DNA of 64,000 nt from positions 160,001-224,000 of the forward strand of contig CAWGMA010000004.1 of the NCBI GenBank assembly GCA_963823555.1. The letters are read 5' to 3'. The position numbers and the translations under genes are program-made. This document shows positions 1-10,643 of the stretch, piece by piece. The DNA is from Candidatus Eiseniibacteriota bacterium. GTDB taxonomy: Bacteria > Eisenbacteria > RBG-16-71-46 > CAVPCR01. Under the pieces are notes generated by a model. The model did no database searches, had not been told where the DNA came from, and worked only from the letters and a program-made list of their open reading frames with translations. Numbering within the stretch: the stretch's first letter is position 1; every line of letters starts with the position of its first letter.

Positions 1-1345
1 GATTGTCGGGCAGCCAGAGGTCGAGGAAGGTCGTGGGATCGAGGTAGTCGCCGATCCATCCTCCGCGTGAGATCTCGTACTCGCCCGCCCGGGTCGAGTT
101 CAAGAACACCTTCCATTCCTGGTTGCGAAGCTCGCAGTGGATGCCGAGCTCGCGCTGCCACTGCTCCTGGACCACCTCGGCCAGTGGTCGCTGCTCCTCG
201 GAGGTGTTGAACAGGAGCTCGAAGGAGGGAAAGCCCCGGCCCTCCGGATAGCCGGCGGTGGCCAAGAGCTCGCGAGCTCGGGCCGGATCGTGCGCCGGGC
301 CGAGCGGACTCGAGTAGCCCGGGATGCCGGGCGGCACCAGGTGCCGCGCCGGGATCTGGCCGCTCCGTGTGATGTGAGTGACGATCGCCTGCTTGTCGAT
401 CGCCAGGTTGAGCGCCTGCCTTACCCGCGGGTCCGTGAAGGGAGGACGCGTGACGTTGATGCGGTAGAAGAACGTGTTGAAGTACGTGCTGGTATGGAAG
501 TCCGGCCGTTTCATGACGGCGTCCCGGATCATCGGCGGGATGGATGTGGAGTCGATCCAGTCCGTTTCGCCGGTGGCGTAGAGGTTGAAGGCCGTCGAGG
601 CCTGCTCGCTGAAGATGGCGTCAGCGGTTTGCAGATCGACATGCGCCGCATCCCAGTAGAGGCGGTTCTTCTCGAGGCGGATACGCCGGCGGAGCTGCCA
701 GTCGACCAGGACGAACGGGCCGTTCGAGACGATGTGCTCGGGACGGATCCAGTCCTCGCCGTGCATGCGCACCACCCGCGGGTTCGTCGGGTAGAAGGGG
801 TAGAAGGCGCAGAGATCGAGGAAGGTCGGTGTGGGATGGGCGAGATGAACGACGAAGGTCGAGTCGTCGTCGGCGCGGATGCCGACCTGGCGGATGTCAG
901 CGATCTCGCCGCGATAGTAGCGTTGGGCGTTCTCGATGGCGAAGAAGAGATCGACATAGCGGGCTCCGCTCGCCGGGTCCAGCATGCGTTGCCACTGGAA
1001 GGTGAAGTCGTGGGCCGTGACCGGGTCGCCGTTCGACCACTGGCTCGGGCGGAGATGGAAGGTGATCTGCCGGCTGTCAGGTGCGATCTCCCAGCGGTAG
1101 GCCACTCCGGGTTGGGGTGACAGGGTCGCCGGATCCCGCGTCAAGAGCCCCTCGAAGAGGGCTGCGGCCACTCGCCCGCCGGCCTGGTCCGTGATCAGGG
1201 TGGGATCCAGGGTTTCGGGCTCAGAGGCGAGATCGAAGACGAATTCGGCGCGCTCCTCCACGCCGGCATGCATGACGAAGGCGACCGGGATCGCGATGAC
1301 GAGGACGAGGGCGATCGCCGGCAGGATGGGGAGGTCGCGCATCAT
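1..1345 (-). CDS. oppA: Oligopeptide ABC transporter substrate-binding protein (OppA family); 3' end runs off the window
   Basis: Not in the ORF track. Manual minus-strand translation from ATG 1345 gives MMRDLPILPAIALVLVIAIPVAF...EPETLDP...LFEGLL...WSNGDPVTAHDF...VSNGPF...PPFTDPRVRQAL...QEWKVFL...GWIGDYLDP, all SBP family 5 hallmarks. Confidence 0.93.
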   Translation of the reverse strand, partial: MMRDLPILPAIALVLVIAIPVAFVMHAGVEERAEFVFDLASEPETLDPTLITDQAGGRVAAALFEGLLTRDPATLSPQPGVAYRWEIAPDSRQITFHLRPSQWSNGDPVTAHDFTFQWQRMLDPASGARYVDLFFAIENAQRYYRGEIADIRQVGIRADDDSTFVVHLAHPTPTFLDLCAFYPFYPTNPRVVRMHGEDWIRPEHIVSNGPFVLVDWQLRRRIRLEKNRLYWDAAHVDLQTADAIFSEQASTAFNLYATGETDWIDSTSIPPMIRDAVMKRPDFHTSTYFNTFFYRINVTRPPFTDPRVRQALNLAIDKQAIVTHITRSGQIPARHLVPPGIPGYSSPLGPAHDPARARELLATAGYPEGRGFPSFELLFNTSEEQRPLAEVVQEQWQRELGIHCELRNQEWKVFLNSTRAGEYEISRGGWIGDYLDPTTFLDLWLPDN

Positions 1346-1361
1346 GGCGGACAGGCTGGCC

Positions 1362-2459
1362 CTAGGATGCGGTCACCGCCTCCAGCGTCATGCGGAGGTG
1401 AGGCTTCTCGAGACGGATCTCCCGCCGGCCGTCGTCCACGGCCGTACCGAGAAGGAAGGCGGGGATGCCATGGCGTGTGGCCCCTGCCAGGGCTTGGTCG
1501 GCACCGGCGGGGGAGAGGACGGCGATGAAGCCGATCCCCATATTGAAGGTGGCGAACATCTCCGGCTCGGTCACCGGGCCGTGGGCGGCGATCAGGGGGA
1601 AGATCGGGGGTGGGGTCGGGCAAGTCGAGATCTCGTAGCTCATGCCGCGGTGGAGCCGGAGCAGGTTCCGCCATCCGTCGCCCGTGATGTGAGCCAGTCC
1701 GTGCGCATGGCCGCTGGCGAGGAGATCGAGAGCGAGCGCAACATAGATTCGGGTGGGTTCGAGAAGCTCGGCCCCGAGCTCGCGGCCCAGCTCCGGGATA
1801 TAGGTGTCGAGATCGATCCGGGCCTGGTCGAGCAGCACGCGACGAGCCAGGGTGTAGCCGTTCGAATGGAGTCCCGTGGCGGCGAACCCGACCACGATGT
1901 CTCCGGCGGCGATCGCATCGCCGAGAACCATCCGGTCGGGCTGGACCACCCCCACGGCCGTGCCGACCAGGTCGAGGGCCTGATCGGGACGGGGGCCGGT
2001 GAGCATGTCCGGAAGCTGGGCCAACTCGCCCGCCGGGATCGTGATGCGCGCCTGCTCGGCGCCGCTGAGGAGCCCGACTCCCAGCGCGGCGAGGAGATCA
2101 TCATCGAGACGTCGTACCGCGATGTAATCGACCATGGCCACCGGCTCGGCGCCGACGCAGAGGATATCGTTGACATTCATCGCTACCAGATCGATTCCGA
2201 GCGACTCGTAGCGCCCGGCCATCTCGGCAACGACGATCTTCGAGCCCACGCCGTCGATCGAAACGGCGATCCCGGTCCCGCCGACCTGGATCACATTGGC
2301 ATAATGCCCGAAGTCGAGCAGCACGCGGCCCTCGCCCCCGGACCGGAGGGGAATGGTGCGCCTGAGGGAGGAGAGAAGACCCTTGAGCCCATGGGCGGCC
2401 TGATCCGCGTCGACTCCACTCGCTGCATAGGTGAGGCCGTTCGTCGGTCGGCTCGGCAT
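1362..2459 (-). CDS. purM: Phosphoribosylformylglycinamidine cyclo-ligase (AIR synthetase)
   Basis: LTYAASGVD, DGVGSK, GIDLVAMNVNDI, GLHSNGY, LLEPTRIY, HITGDG and TFNMGIG motifs; AGGAG RBS before ATG 2459. Confidence 0.96.
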   Translation of the reverse strand: MPSRPTNGLTYAASGVDADQAAHGLKGLLSSLRRTIPLRSGGEGRVLLDFGHYANVIQVGGTGIAVSIDGVGSKIVVAEMAGRYESLGIDLVAMNVNDILCVGAEPVAMVDYIAVRRLDDDLLAALGVGLLSGAEQARITIPAGELAQLPDMLTGPRPDQALDLVGTAVGVVQPDRMVLGDAIAAGDIVVGFAATGLHSNGYTLARRVLLDQARIDLDTYIPELGRELGAELLEPTRIYVALALDLLASGHAHGLAHITGDGWRNLLRLHRGMSYEISTCPTPPPIFPLIAAHGPVTEPEMFATFNMGIGFIAVLSPAGADQALAGATRHGIPAFLLGTAVDDGRREIRLEKPHLRMTLEAVTAS

Positions 2460-2622
2460 GCTCGATCTCCTGTTCGGCGTGGCCATCCTCGGGCCCGGGT
2501 TTCCTCCAGGGCCGCTTCGGCCCGGCCGGGTCGGGTCATCATGCCACAGGGCTCCCCCCGGGGGGCAGCCGGGGCGATGGCGGCCGCGGCCGCCTCTTTC
2601 GCGGCGAGCGGCGACCTGGTCT

Positions 2623-2647
2623 CAAGTTGTTGTAAAGTAAATGATTA
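2623..2647. promoter_or_regulatory. AT-rich palindromic IHF-like site in the divergent purM/ferredoxin intergenic region
   Basis: CAAGTTGTTGTAAAGTAAATGATTA fits YAA-N4-TTG-N5/6-CAA-N4-TTR; similar sites at 30262, 36899 and 43391. Confidence 0.4.
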
Positions 2648-2792
2648 AAGGACCGATTGGCCGTCACTTTGGGCTTGGCGGAAGGGGGGCGGCTCGTCTA
2701 GATTTTTAGGCGCTTCGGGTCCGTTGGGCGGAGGTGGCGCCGGTTCGCACGCGCCCTCGCGCCGCGGCGATGCCGGAAAGGATGGGAGCTCT

Positions 2793-3101
2793 ATGACGTA
2801 TGTGGTAGTCAGCAACTGTCAGGATTGCCGTTTCACCGACTGCGTCACCGTTTGTCCTGTCGACTGCTTCCATGGTGACGATCGCATGCTGTACATCGAT
2901 CCGGACGAGTGCATCGACTGCGGTGCTTGCGTGCCGGAGTGTCCGGTCGAGGCGATCTTCGCGGAGGATGACGTGCCGGAGTCGGAGCAGTCGTGGATCG
3001 CGGTCAATGCCGAGAAGGCCCCGGGCCTTCCGGTCTTCAATGAGAAGCTGGATCCTCTGCCCACGGCCGAGGAGAAGAAGAAGAAGCTAGGGTTCGCCTA
3101 G
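2793..3101 (+). CDS. fdxA: 7Fe/8Fe dicluster ferredoxin (FdxA type)
   Basis: MTYVVVSNCQDCRFTDCVTVCPVDCF...YIDPDECIDCGACVPECPVEAIF; GGAG RBS before ATG 2793. Confidence 0.93.
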   Translation: MTYVVVSNCQDCRFTDCVTVCPVDCFHGDDRMLYIDPDECIDCGACVPECPVEAIFAEDDVPESEQSWIAVNAEKAPGLPVFNEKLDPLPTAEEKKKKLGFA

Positions 3102-3151
3102 ACTCCGCTCCTGACAGGAGCGTTCGCGGCGCGACAGCCTGGATTCGCTTG

Positions 3152-3187
3152 AACGAGGGGAGACTCCCGAGGGAGCTTCCCCTCGTT
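3152..3187. terminator. Hairpin between convergent ferredoxin and glgP genes
   Basis: AACGAGGGG...CCCCTCGTT inverted repeat with inner CTCCC/GGGAG pairing. Confidence 0.6.
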
Positions 3188-3192
3188 GAGTC

Positions 3193-5799
3193 CTAGGCCG
3201 AAGCCATGACCATCGGCGAAGCAGCCGGCTCTCCCCACCAACGCACGAGCCTCATCTCGAAGGGATTGGCCGCCAGTCCCAGCGTCGAGGGCTTCACCCG
3301 CACAGCGAATCCATGCCGGCCGCTCGTCGCGCACGGCACATACCCGGTGAAGACATGCTCTCCCTGAGCGCTCGCGCCCTTCGCCCACTCGAGCGGGTAG
3401 GGGGTTCCCTCCACGATCTCGCCCTTGGCGCTCACCAGCCCCGCGACGGCTTCCACCGCTACATCCTCGGGCTCCAGGTCGCCGAGGCGAACGACGACGG
3501 AGACCGGCACGTGCTCGCCGACCTTGAACTCCTGCACGGTCTCGGCCTGAACCTGGAGCACATCGACCGCCGGCCATCGGGTCACGACCTTCTGCTTCCA
3601 GCTAGCCAGTTTGCGCGCCACGGCCATCTCATCCGCCGCCAGCATCTTCCATTGCAGCGAGGCGGGGAGATAGAACCGTTCGCAATAATCCTCGACCATC
3701 CGGTTGGTGTTGAAGATGGGGATCAGCGTGCGCATCGAGGTCTTCATCATCGCGATCCAGTCCCGGGGCAGGCCTTCCGGGCCGCGACCGTAGAAGAGCG
3801 GCGCGATCTCGGTCTCGAGCAGATCGTACAGGGCAAGGCTCTCGAGCTCGTCCTGGTAGTCGTGGTCCTCGTACTCCTCGCCGTGGCCGATGGCCCAGCC
3901 GTTGTCGCCACGGAAGCCCTCGCACCACCAGCCGTCGAGCACCGAGACATTGATGCCGCCGTTGACCGGCACCTTCATCCCGCAGGTGCCGCTGGCCTCC
4001 AGCGGGCGGCGGGGTGTGTTGAGCCAGAGGTCGACACCCTGCGACCAGGTAGCGGCCATCTCGATGTCGTAGTCCTCGAGGAAGACGATACGCCGGCGGA
4101 ACTCGTCCCGCCCGGCGAGGTGGATGATCTCGCGGATCAGCTCCTTGCCCAGCTGGTCCTTGGGATGGGCCTTGCCGGCGAAGATGATCTGGATCGGCTG
4201 GTCCGGCCCGGTTCAGGATGCGCGCCAGGCGCTCCGGATCGCGGAACAGGAGCGTGGCCCGCTTGTAGGTGGCGAAGCGACGGGCGAAGCCGATGGTCAG
4301 GACCTCGGGATCCAGCACCTCGCTCGTGAACTTGGTGGCCGTGCGGTGAACGCCGCGCCGCTCGAGCTGCCAGCGCAGCCGCTGCGCGAGCGAAGGCCAC
4401 CAGCCGCTCGCGCAGCCGTTCGTGGCTCCGCCACAGCTCGGCGTCGGGAATGTGATCGACGCGTTCCCAGATGCGGTGCGCCGTGGGATCCTCGAACCAG
4501 CGCGGTCCGAGGTAGCGATCGTAGAGGCGGGCGATCTCCGTCGAGAACCAGGATGCGGTGTGGATGCCGTTGGTGATGTGGTCGATGGGGACCTCGTGCT
4601 CGGGCACGCCCGGCCAGACGCGCTGCCACATGCGGCGCGAAACACGTGCCGTGCAGTTCGCTCACGCCGTTGGCGCGGCCGGCCAGTGCGGAGCGCGAGC
4701 ACGGTCATGCAGAAGCGCCTCGTTCTTGTCGTTCGGGTCCTGACGACCGAGGCGCAGGAGGTCCTCGATGGTCGATGCCGCTCCGCGCCGGATAGGCGGC
4801 GAAGTAGCTGCGCATGAGCTCGGGGGTGAAGACATCGTTGCCGGCCGGCACGGGCGTGTGCGTGGTGAAGACCGTCGAGGCGTGCACCACCTCCTTGGCC
4901 TCCTGCCAGTTCAGCTGCCGGCGTTCATGCAACATGGCCGATCCGCTCCAGGGCGAGGAAGGCGGAGTGCCCCTCGTTCATGTGATAGACGGTGGGTTCG
5001 ATGCCCAGGGCGGCAAGGGCGCGCACGCCGCCGATGCCGAGCAGGATCTCCTGCTGGATGCGCATCTCGTTGTCGCCGCCGTAGAGCTGGTTGGTGATCT
5101 CGCGGTCCTCGGGGCTGTTCTCGAGCACGTTGGTGTCAAGCAGGAAGAGCGGCATGCGGCCGACCTGCACTCGCCAGATGCGCGCGTAGACCGGGCGACC
5201 GGGCAGCTCGACCTGGATCATGTAGGGTGACCCATCGGGCCGCCTTTCGAGCGACATCGGCATGTTGTAGAAGTCGTTCTCCTGCATGGTCTCCTGCTGC
5301 CAGCCGTCGTGGTTCAGGTACTGGCGGAAGTAGCCGACGCGGTAGCAGAGCCCGACGCCGACCAGGGGCAGACCGAGGTCGCTGGCCGACTTCAGGTGGT
5401 CGCCGGCGAGGATGCCGAGGCCGCCGGAGTAGAGGGGCAGGCACTCGTGGATGCCGAACTCGGCCGAGAAGTAGGCCACCTTCATGCCGAGAGCGTCGGC
5501 GTGGACGCGCTCGTACCAGGTCGTGAAATTGACATAGCGGTCGAGCTCGGCGCGGACCCGTTCCATGTGGGCGACGAAGACCTCGTCCACGGTGAGCTCG
5601 CGGAGGCGGTCCTGGCCGATGAGTCCGAGGAGCTGGATCGGGTTGTGATGGCTCTGATCCCACAGCTGGGGATCGACGCTGCGGAACAGCTCCGTTGCGT
5701 CGGGGTCCAGGTCCACCACAGGTTGCGGGCGATCTCGGTCAGGGGCCGGAGCCCGTCCGGGATGTTGGGGACGACCGTAAATCTTTGAATAACTTGCAT
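3193..5799 (-). pseudogene. glgP: Alpha-glucan (glycogen/maltodextrin) phosphorylase, split by several frameshifts (probably sequencing errors, otherwise a pseudogene)
   Basis: Consecutive fragments in changing frames carry ARNLWW, YFSAEFG, YSGGLGILAGDHLKSASDLG, NEGHSAF, FTTHTPVPAGND, ITNGIH, IGFARRFATYKRA and PLEASGTCGMK...DGWW. Confidence 0.93.
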
Positions 5800-6021
5800 T
5801 TAGATTCTCCGGGCGGGCGGCTTCCGGCGGTGCCGAGCGCGGTTCAAGCCCCCCCCGGCGTTGTCGGAGGTTCGGGGGGATACCCTTAGGGCTCGTCGGG
5901 GCCGGCCCGCACTCTGAACCCGCGATCCCGGCGGCATGGGCCGGAGGGGCGGAAGCCTAGCACAGGGTTTCCCGGTGGAAGCGACGGAAGCCCGGCCCTC
6001 ACGACCCGGTCCGGGCCGGAT

Positions 6022-6762
6022 TCACCTGGCGCTCCCGGATTGCCGGGCCGCCTCTTCGGCCAGATCGTGCGCCGCCTCACGCCCCAGGAAACGCTCGGCC
6101 GCGGAATGGCCGACGTAGATGAGCGGCGTGAGCAAGACGGCCACTGTGAACTTGTACACGTATTGGGTCACAGCGATGTTGGCGAACTGCTGGCCAGTGA
6201 GCTTGCCGGGAAGATAGAAGGCAATGCCGAGGATGATGACCGTATCGACTAACTGCGAGAACACCGTCGATCCGGTCGCGCGCAGCCAGAGTCGCCCGGA
6301 CCCGGTGCGCCGGCGGAAGGCGTGGAAAACGAGGACATCGGTGAGCTGGCTCACGGCGAACGCGGTCAGTGAGCCCACGATGATCCACATCGACTGCCCG
6401 AACACGTTGGCGAAGGACTCGCCGGAGACGGGAGAGAATTCCGTGGCCTGGATCCCGAGTGCGAGGAAGAGCACGATGAAGGCATAGCTGATCATGGCCA
6501 CCCCGAGCAACGTCAGCTGGCGCACGCCTTGCTTCCCGAAGTACTCGTTGACGAGGTCCGTGGTGAGGAACACGACGGGCCACGGCAGGACACCCACCGA
6601 CATGATGAACGGCCCGATCTTGAACAGGCCGAGGTCGAGGCCGAAGCCGGGGTTGCCGAGAAAGAAGATCTTGCCCCCGATCAGTTCACCGAGGAGGGCG
6701 TTGGTGAGAAAGAAGCCGCCCAGGATCAGGAAGAGCGTGTCGCGCCGGGTGCGCATCGCCAT
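6022..6762 (-). CDS. Queuosine precursor transporter (YhhQ/VUT family)
   Basis: Multi-TM protein with FLTTDLVNEYFG, GSLTAFAVSQLTDV, LWLRATGSTVFSQLVDT and YKF...TPLIY. Confidence 0.9.
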   Translation of the reverse strand: MAMRTRRDTLFLILGGFFLTNALLGELIGGKIFFLGNPGFGLDLGLFKIGPFIMSVGVLPWPVVFLTTDLVNEYFGKQGVRQLTLLGVAMISYAFIVLFLALGIQATEFSPVSGESFANVFGQSMWIIVGSLTAFAVSQLTDVLVFHAFRRRTGSGRLWLRATGSTVFSQLVDTVIILGIAFYLPGKLTGQQFANIAVTQYVYKFTVAVLLTPLIYVGHSAAERFLGREAAHDLAEEAARQSGSAR

Positions 6763-6816
6763 GATCGAGTCCCTCGGGTCTTGATGTGATGGAGGTGCAG
6801 GCGGGAATCGGGGAGG

Positions 6817-7845
6817 CTAGGGAGAAGCGGGAGCGGTGTCAACCGGGGAGTGGGTGCCGGCGGCGCCGGGGTGCCGCGCCGCCATCAGCCGGTCGACGGC
6901 GGCGGCGAGCCGGCGCAGCTTCGCTTCACCGCCCTCGCGATCAGCGAGCAAGCAGACGAGGATGTATCGCCGGCCGCCAGTCGCGATCAGCGCCGAGTCG
7001 CCTTGCCATGGACCGAAGCTGCCCGACTTGCGGAGGATCGTGTAGCCGGGAATCCTCACCGGCCGGCCCGCTTCGGGTGCTTTCGCTCCGGCCGCCGCAC
7101 GTAGTCCGGCTACGAACTTGTGATCCCACGTGGTGACGGAGAGGATCTCGCGCATGTCGGCGCTGGCGTCTGGGCTCACGAGCTCGCTGCGAGCGAGGAG
7201 GGCGTAGAAGCGGGCGACCGCGGCGGCGCTCGCGGCGTGGGTCCGGCCGGAGCACGGGTCGACCTTCCACGCTGGCCCACCGCTGTAGTCCGCGCCGACC
7301 CACAGTCCGCCGCGCTCGGCGTCGTGGAGCGCCATCCGTGGATCTTCGAGCGCGGAGGCGATGCGCTCGAAACCCAGGATCTCGATCGCGCGCGTGGCAT
7401 CAGGGTTCGATGACGAGCGGATCATGCGCTCGAGCACGGTACGCAGGTCCGGCGTGATCTCGATCTCACCCGCCTGGGCGGTGGCATAGGCGGCGGCGAG
7501 GATGGCGAGCTTGGCCACGCTGGCCGCGCCGAGGGTCGAATCCGCGGCCATGCCGGCGGACCGCGCCGGGGATTCGCTCAGATCCACGAGCGCGAGGCTG
7601 GCCCGCCCCTCGCGAGCAAGCTCGGCAATGCCGAGTTCGCTCGCGATCGCGTCGAGGGCGACATCGAGATCGGGATCCCGATTACCCATGGGGTCGGGGG
7701 TCGTCACGCCGGCGCGGGCCGCCGGGACGGGTCCGCTCGCCGGGGCGTGCAGGGGGAGCTTGCCGCGCCCCATCCAGGCGACACCCCCGATGGCGAGGCT
7801 CGCGAGCAAGACGAGCATGAAGGCCGGCGCCCGTGGGAAACGCAT
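6817..7845 (-). CDS. Class A beta-lactamase-like serine hydrolase (Beta-lactamase2/PBP-A)
   Basis: N-terminal membrane anchor; SxxK (ASVAK), SxN (SSN) and KSG motifs in the correct order. Confidence 0.8.
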   Translation of the reverse strand: MRFPRAPAFMLVLLASLAIGGVAWMGRGKLPLHAPASGPVPAARAGVTTPDPMGNRDPDLDVALDAIASELGIAELAREGRASLALVDLSESPARSAGMAADSTLGAASVAKLAILAAAYATAQAGEIEITPDLRTVLERMIRSSSNPDATRAIEILGFERIASALEDPRMALHDAERGGLWVGADYSGGPAWKVDPCSGRTHAASAAAVARFYALLARSELVSPDASADMREILSVTTWDHKFVAGLRAAAGAKAPEAGRPVRIPGYTILRKSGSFGPWQGDSALIATGGRRYILVCLLADREGGEAKLRRLAAAVDRLMAARHPGAAGTHSPVDTAPASP

Positions 7846-7854
7846 GCCCGGAGC

Positions 7855-8979
7855 CTAGCGGTCCGCGCCCTCCGCGTCAGGTCTCAAGTAGTAGCTCGCC
7901 AGCACGCGGGCGGCTGGCTTTCCACGCGGGGTGTACTCGGGATCCCCGGGGCCCCCGCCGCGGCCGTCCAGCGGCCATTTCCAGAAGTAGAGGCCGGCGA
8001 GCCAGGGCTGGGGCCACAGTGCGCGGAAGGTGGCCTCGTAAGCCCGGGACTGCTCCTCCAGATCGACTGGATCGTCGCGACCGGGCCACTCCCAGGGTCG
8101 GATCGCCGCGCCGCGCACCGCCGGAAAGCCGATCTCGGTGATGAGAACGGGACGCCGGTAGCGCTCGGCCAGGTGAGCCAGGAGGGCGATCGTGGGCTCG
8201 AACCCGCGAACCAGGGTCTCCACGTCCAGGCCGGGGTCGCCGCCCAGGCTCGGATAGGCATTGATCCCGATCCAGTCGAGCTCGTCCCAGAAGGTGATTT
8301 CCTGAGCTTCGTCGTGAAGATTGGCGGCATAGGTGATCGGCCCGTGGTACACGGCTCGCACCGCAGCGATGAGTGCTCGCCAGTCCTCGGGCCGTTCGCG
8401 TGTGGCGCGCACGTACTCGAGCCCGATGCAGAATCCCTCGCAGCCATGTTCCTCGGCCATCCCGGCATAGTGGAGGATATAGCGGCGGTAGTTGGCGAAC
8501 CAGAGCTGCCAATCCGCGTCCGAATGCATGTGGAGGTCACCGTGCCACCGCGCCTCCGGACCCCAGAACTGACGGCTCCAGATGTGGGGCTTCACGAACA
8601 CAGCCATCCCCAGTTCGTGGGCCTCTTCGATGAAGCCGATCTGGCGTGTGGTGAAATCGCGGAAACGAAGCTCAGGCTCTTCGATATCGGGCTGGTAGGC
8701 GAAGGGAACGACCTGCACGGCATTGACACCGAGCGCGGCGAGCTCGCGAAGGGTACGAGGCGCCTCGGGATGATCGTGCTCGCCGGAATGGGTTTCGAGA
8801 ACCATGCCGCGCTGGAAGCCCGCTCCGGGCGCCGGGCGAACGGCCGGCGCGGCGGCAGGTCGCGCGGCGCTTGCTGCATCGCCCCGGCCGGGGGTGGTCC
8901 CGGTCGAGACCATGAGCGCAAGCGCTAGCGCGAGGGCGATCAGGGCGCTGACGACAGCGACGCGACCAGGGAGCGACAT
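7855..8979 (-). CDS. Secreted glycoside hydrolase, GH113-like TIM barrel
   Basis: Signal peptide; VKPHIW, IGLE, ITYAAN, FWDELDWIGINAY, ITEIGF, YFWKW and YTPRGKPA are typical of GH113. Confidence 0.82.
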   Translation of the reverse strand: MSLPGRVAVVSALIALALALALMVSTGTTPGRGDAASAARPAAAPAVRPAPGAGFQRGMVLETHSGEHDHPEAPRTLRELAALGVNAVQVVPFAYQPDIEEPELRFRDFTTRQIGFIEEAHELGMAVFVKPHIWSRQFWGPEARWHGDLHMHSDADWQLWFANYRRYILHYAGMAEEHGCEGFCIGLEYVRATRERPEDWRALIAAVRAVYHGPITYAANLHDEAQEITFWDELDWIGINAYPSLGGDPGLDVETLVRGFEPTIALLAHLAERYRRPVLITEIGFPAVRGAAIRPWEWPGRDDPVDLEEQSRAYEATFRALWPQPWLAGLYFWKWPLDGRGGGPGDPEYTPRGKPAARVLASYYLRPDAEGADR

Positions 8980-9315
8980 CGGTCCTCGTTATCGATCGTA
9001 CCGGCGTATCGGGGGGGAAGGACGGGGGACGGGCGCCGGGGAATAGGCCCCACCGCGCCGCCATGACCGCTAGCGTATCACGCTGGAACAGGCGACGTCA
9101 GGTCCGTGGGATCAGGACCTCAGCACGGGCAGCCGATAAGAACTCAGAGGGGCCGGGCTCGGCGGGGGATCGCCCGCGGCGGGTCCTGCCTCGGGTGGCC
9201 GACCGGCCGCGGCGTCTCGGACGCCCGCCCCCGGGTGACCGCCCACCGGAGCGAGCGCGGAACGCGTGCACCTCCCGCCGCTGCCCCGCCGCCGCCGCCA
9301 ACCGGAGGAGTGCCC

Positions 9316-9735
9316 ATGACGAACCAAAGCCGCTGGGCGATCTGGGCTGCCATGGCCTGTTCGCTGATCGTGTACCTTTCGATTCCGCTCTTCCTGCCTG
9401 CGCCATCGATGACGTACGAGGCGACCGATTTCGGCATCCTGTTCACCGCGATGGGCGTGGTCGCCGTCCTGACATCGGTGGTCTCGCTGGTCATGCGCCG
9501 AATGCTCGTGGTCCAGCCCATCCGCACCCGCGCGCTGGATCCCCGGTCCCCGGACGGGATGCAGCGCCTGTCCCAGGCTCTCCTCCTCACCTGGGTGCTC
9601 TCCGAGGCCGTGGCCCTCTATGGGCTCGTTCTCTACCTGGTCACGCGGCAGGTCCAGCTCATGGTGCCGTTCGTGATGATGAGCGCCTTCCTGCTCGTGG
9701 TGCACGCGCCGCGCGGGGTCGAGGCCGAGCGCTAG
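9316..9735 (+). CDS. Hypothetical 4-TM membrane protein
   Basis: GGAGGAG RBS before ATG 9316; four hydrophobic segments; WVLSEAVALYGL motif. Confidence 0.7.
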   Translation: MTNQSRWAIWAAMACSLIVYLSIPLFLPAPSMTYEATDFGILFTAMGVVAVLTSVVSLVMRRMLVVQPIRTRALDPRSPDGMQRLSQALLLTWVLSEAVALYGLVLYLVTRQVQLMVPFVMMSAFLLVVHAPRGVEAER

Positions 9736-10643
9736 GCAGAGGACCCGGCGCCGGCGCCCGCCGCCGGCACCGCTTCCCTGCGTCCAAGCTCGGAGATCAG
9801 AACGCCGCTGACGACAACCGCAGCGCCGACGAGGCTTGCGGGTGGCATTCGCTCGCCGAAGAACATGGCAGCAAAGACGAGAGCGAAGACCGGTTCGAGC
9901 GAGTAGATGACGCCGGCTCGAACCGAACTCGTTTCCCTTTGCCAGCGCATGTGAAGAACGAGGGCGAGCGCCGTGGCCACGATACCGGTGAAGGCGATGG
10001 CCCCCATGAGACGCGGCGTCCAGGTTACCTGAGGTCGCTCGAGGATCGCACCCGTCGCGGCCATGAGGGCCGCGGCGGCGATCGCCGGCCACATGAAGGC
10101 CCACGGGTCATGCCGCCGCGACAGGATCTGCAGGGCAACGATCTCGAGCGCGAACATGACGGCGCAGCCGAGAGTGAGCCAGTCGCCCAGGTTGAAGCGC
10201 ATGCTCTCGGGCCGGGTGAGGAGAGCGATCCCGAGCGCGGCGACCAGGGCCCCGGCCACCGCACTGCGTTCCGGTCGCCCACGCTCGAACCAGCGAGAGA
10301 ACACGGGCACGAACACGACACACGTGCCGGTCAAGAAGGCCGATTTGCTCGCGGTCGTCATGGTGAGGCCGAACGTTTGCAGCACCCATCCGGCTCCCAG
10401 GATCACGCCCAGGAGCAGGCCGGCGCCCGCGGCGCGCCAGCCCGGGACGCGAAGCGGCCCGGCCAGGAAGGGGACGAGGATCAACGCGGCCAGGGTGAAG
10501 CGCAGGGCCAGGAACGTCATCGGGGCGGCATCGGCGAGCGCGCTCTTGATGAGGGGAAAGGTGAGTCCCCAGGCTGCCGTGACCAGGATCAGGATGAACT
10601 CGGCTCGCCGTGCTTGCGCCTTGGGGTCAGGCGGTGGATTCAC
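9732..10643 (-). CDS. DMT/EamA family transporter
   Basis: WGLTF, LRF, TTASKSAFLTG, GDWLTL and EPVFA; about 10 TM helices. Confidence 0.92.
   Translation of the reverse strand: MNPPPDPKAQARRAEFILILVTAAWGLTFPLIKSALADAAPMTFLALRFTLAALILVPFLAGPLRVPGWRAAGAGLLLGVILGAGWVLQTFGLTMTTASKSAFLTGTCVVFVPVFSRWFERGRPERSAVAGALVAALGIALLTRPESMRFNLGDWLTLGCAVMFALEIVALQILSRRHDPWAFMWPAIAAAALMAATGAILERPQVTWTPRLMGAIAFTGIVATALALVLHMRWQRETSSVRAGVIYSLEPVFALVFAAMFFGERMPPASLVGAAVVVSGVLISELGRREAVPAAGAGAGSSA

Noticed and set aside
137..1120. Long antisense ORFs such as 137-1120, 1191-2648, 9063-10802, 40288-42297 and 61534-63414
   Set aside because: Shadow ORFs opposite well-supported genes, typical of high-GC DNA, with no recognisable motifs.
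2460..2620. ZTP or purine riboswitch upstream of purM
   Set aside because: Conserved cores (for example GACUGGCG...GCCUGGG) are not found.
6763..6816. preQ1 riboswitch upstream of the queuosine-precursor transporter
   Set aside because: The 54-bp gap lacks the AGAGGUUCUAG stem and A-rich tail.
6817..7845. Functional antibiotic-resistance beta-lactamase
   Set aside because: It has SSN rather than SDN, no clear omega-loop Glu and no mobile context; more likely a PBP-like hydrolase.
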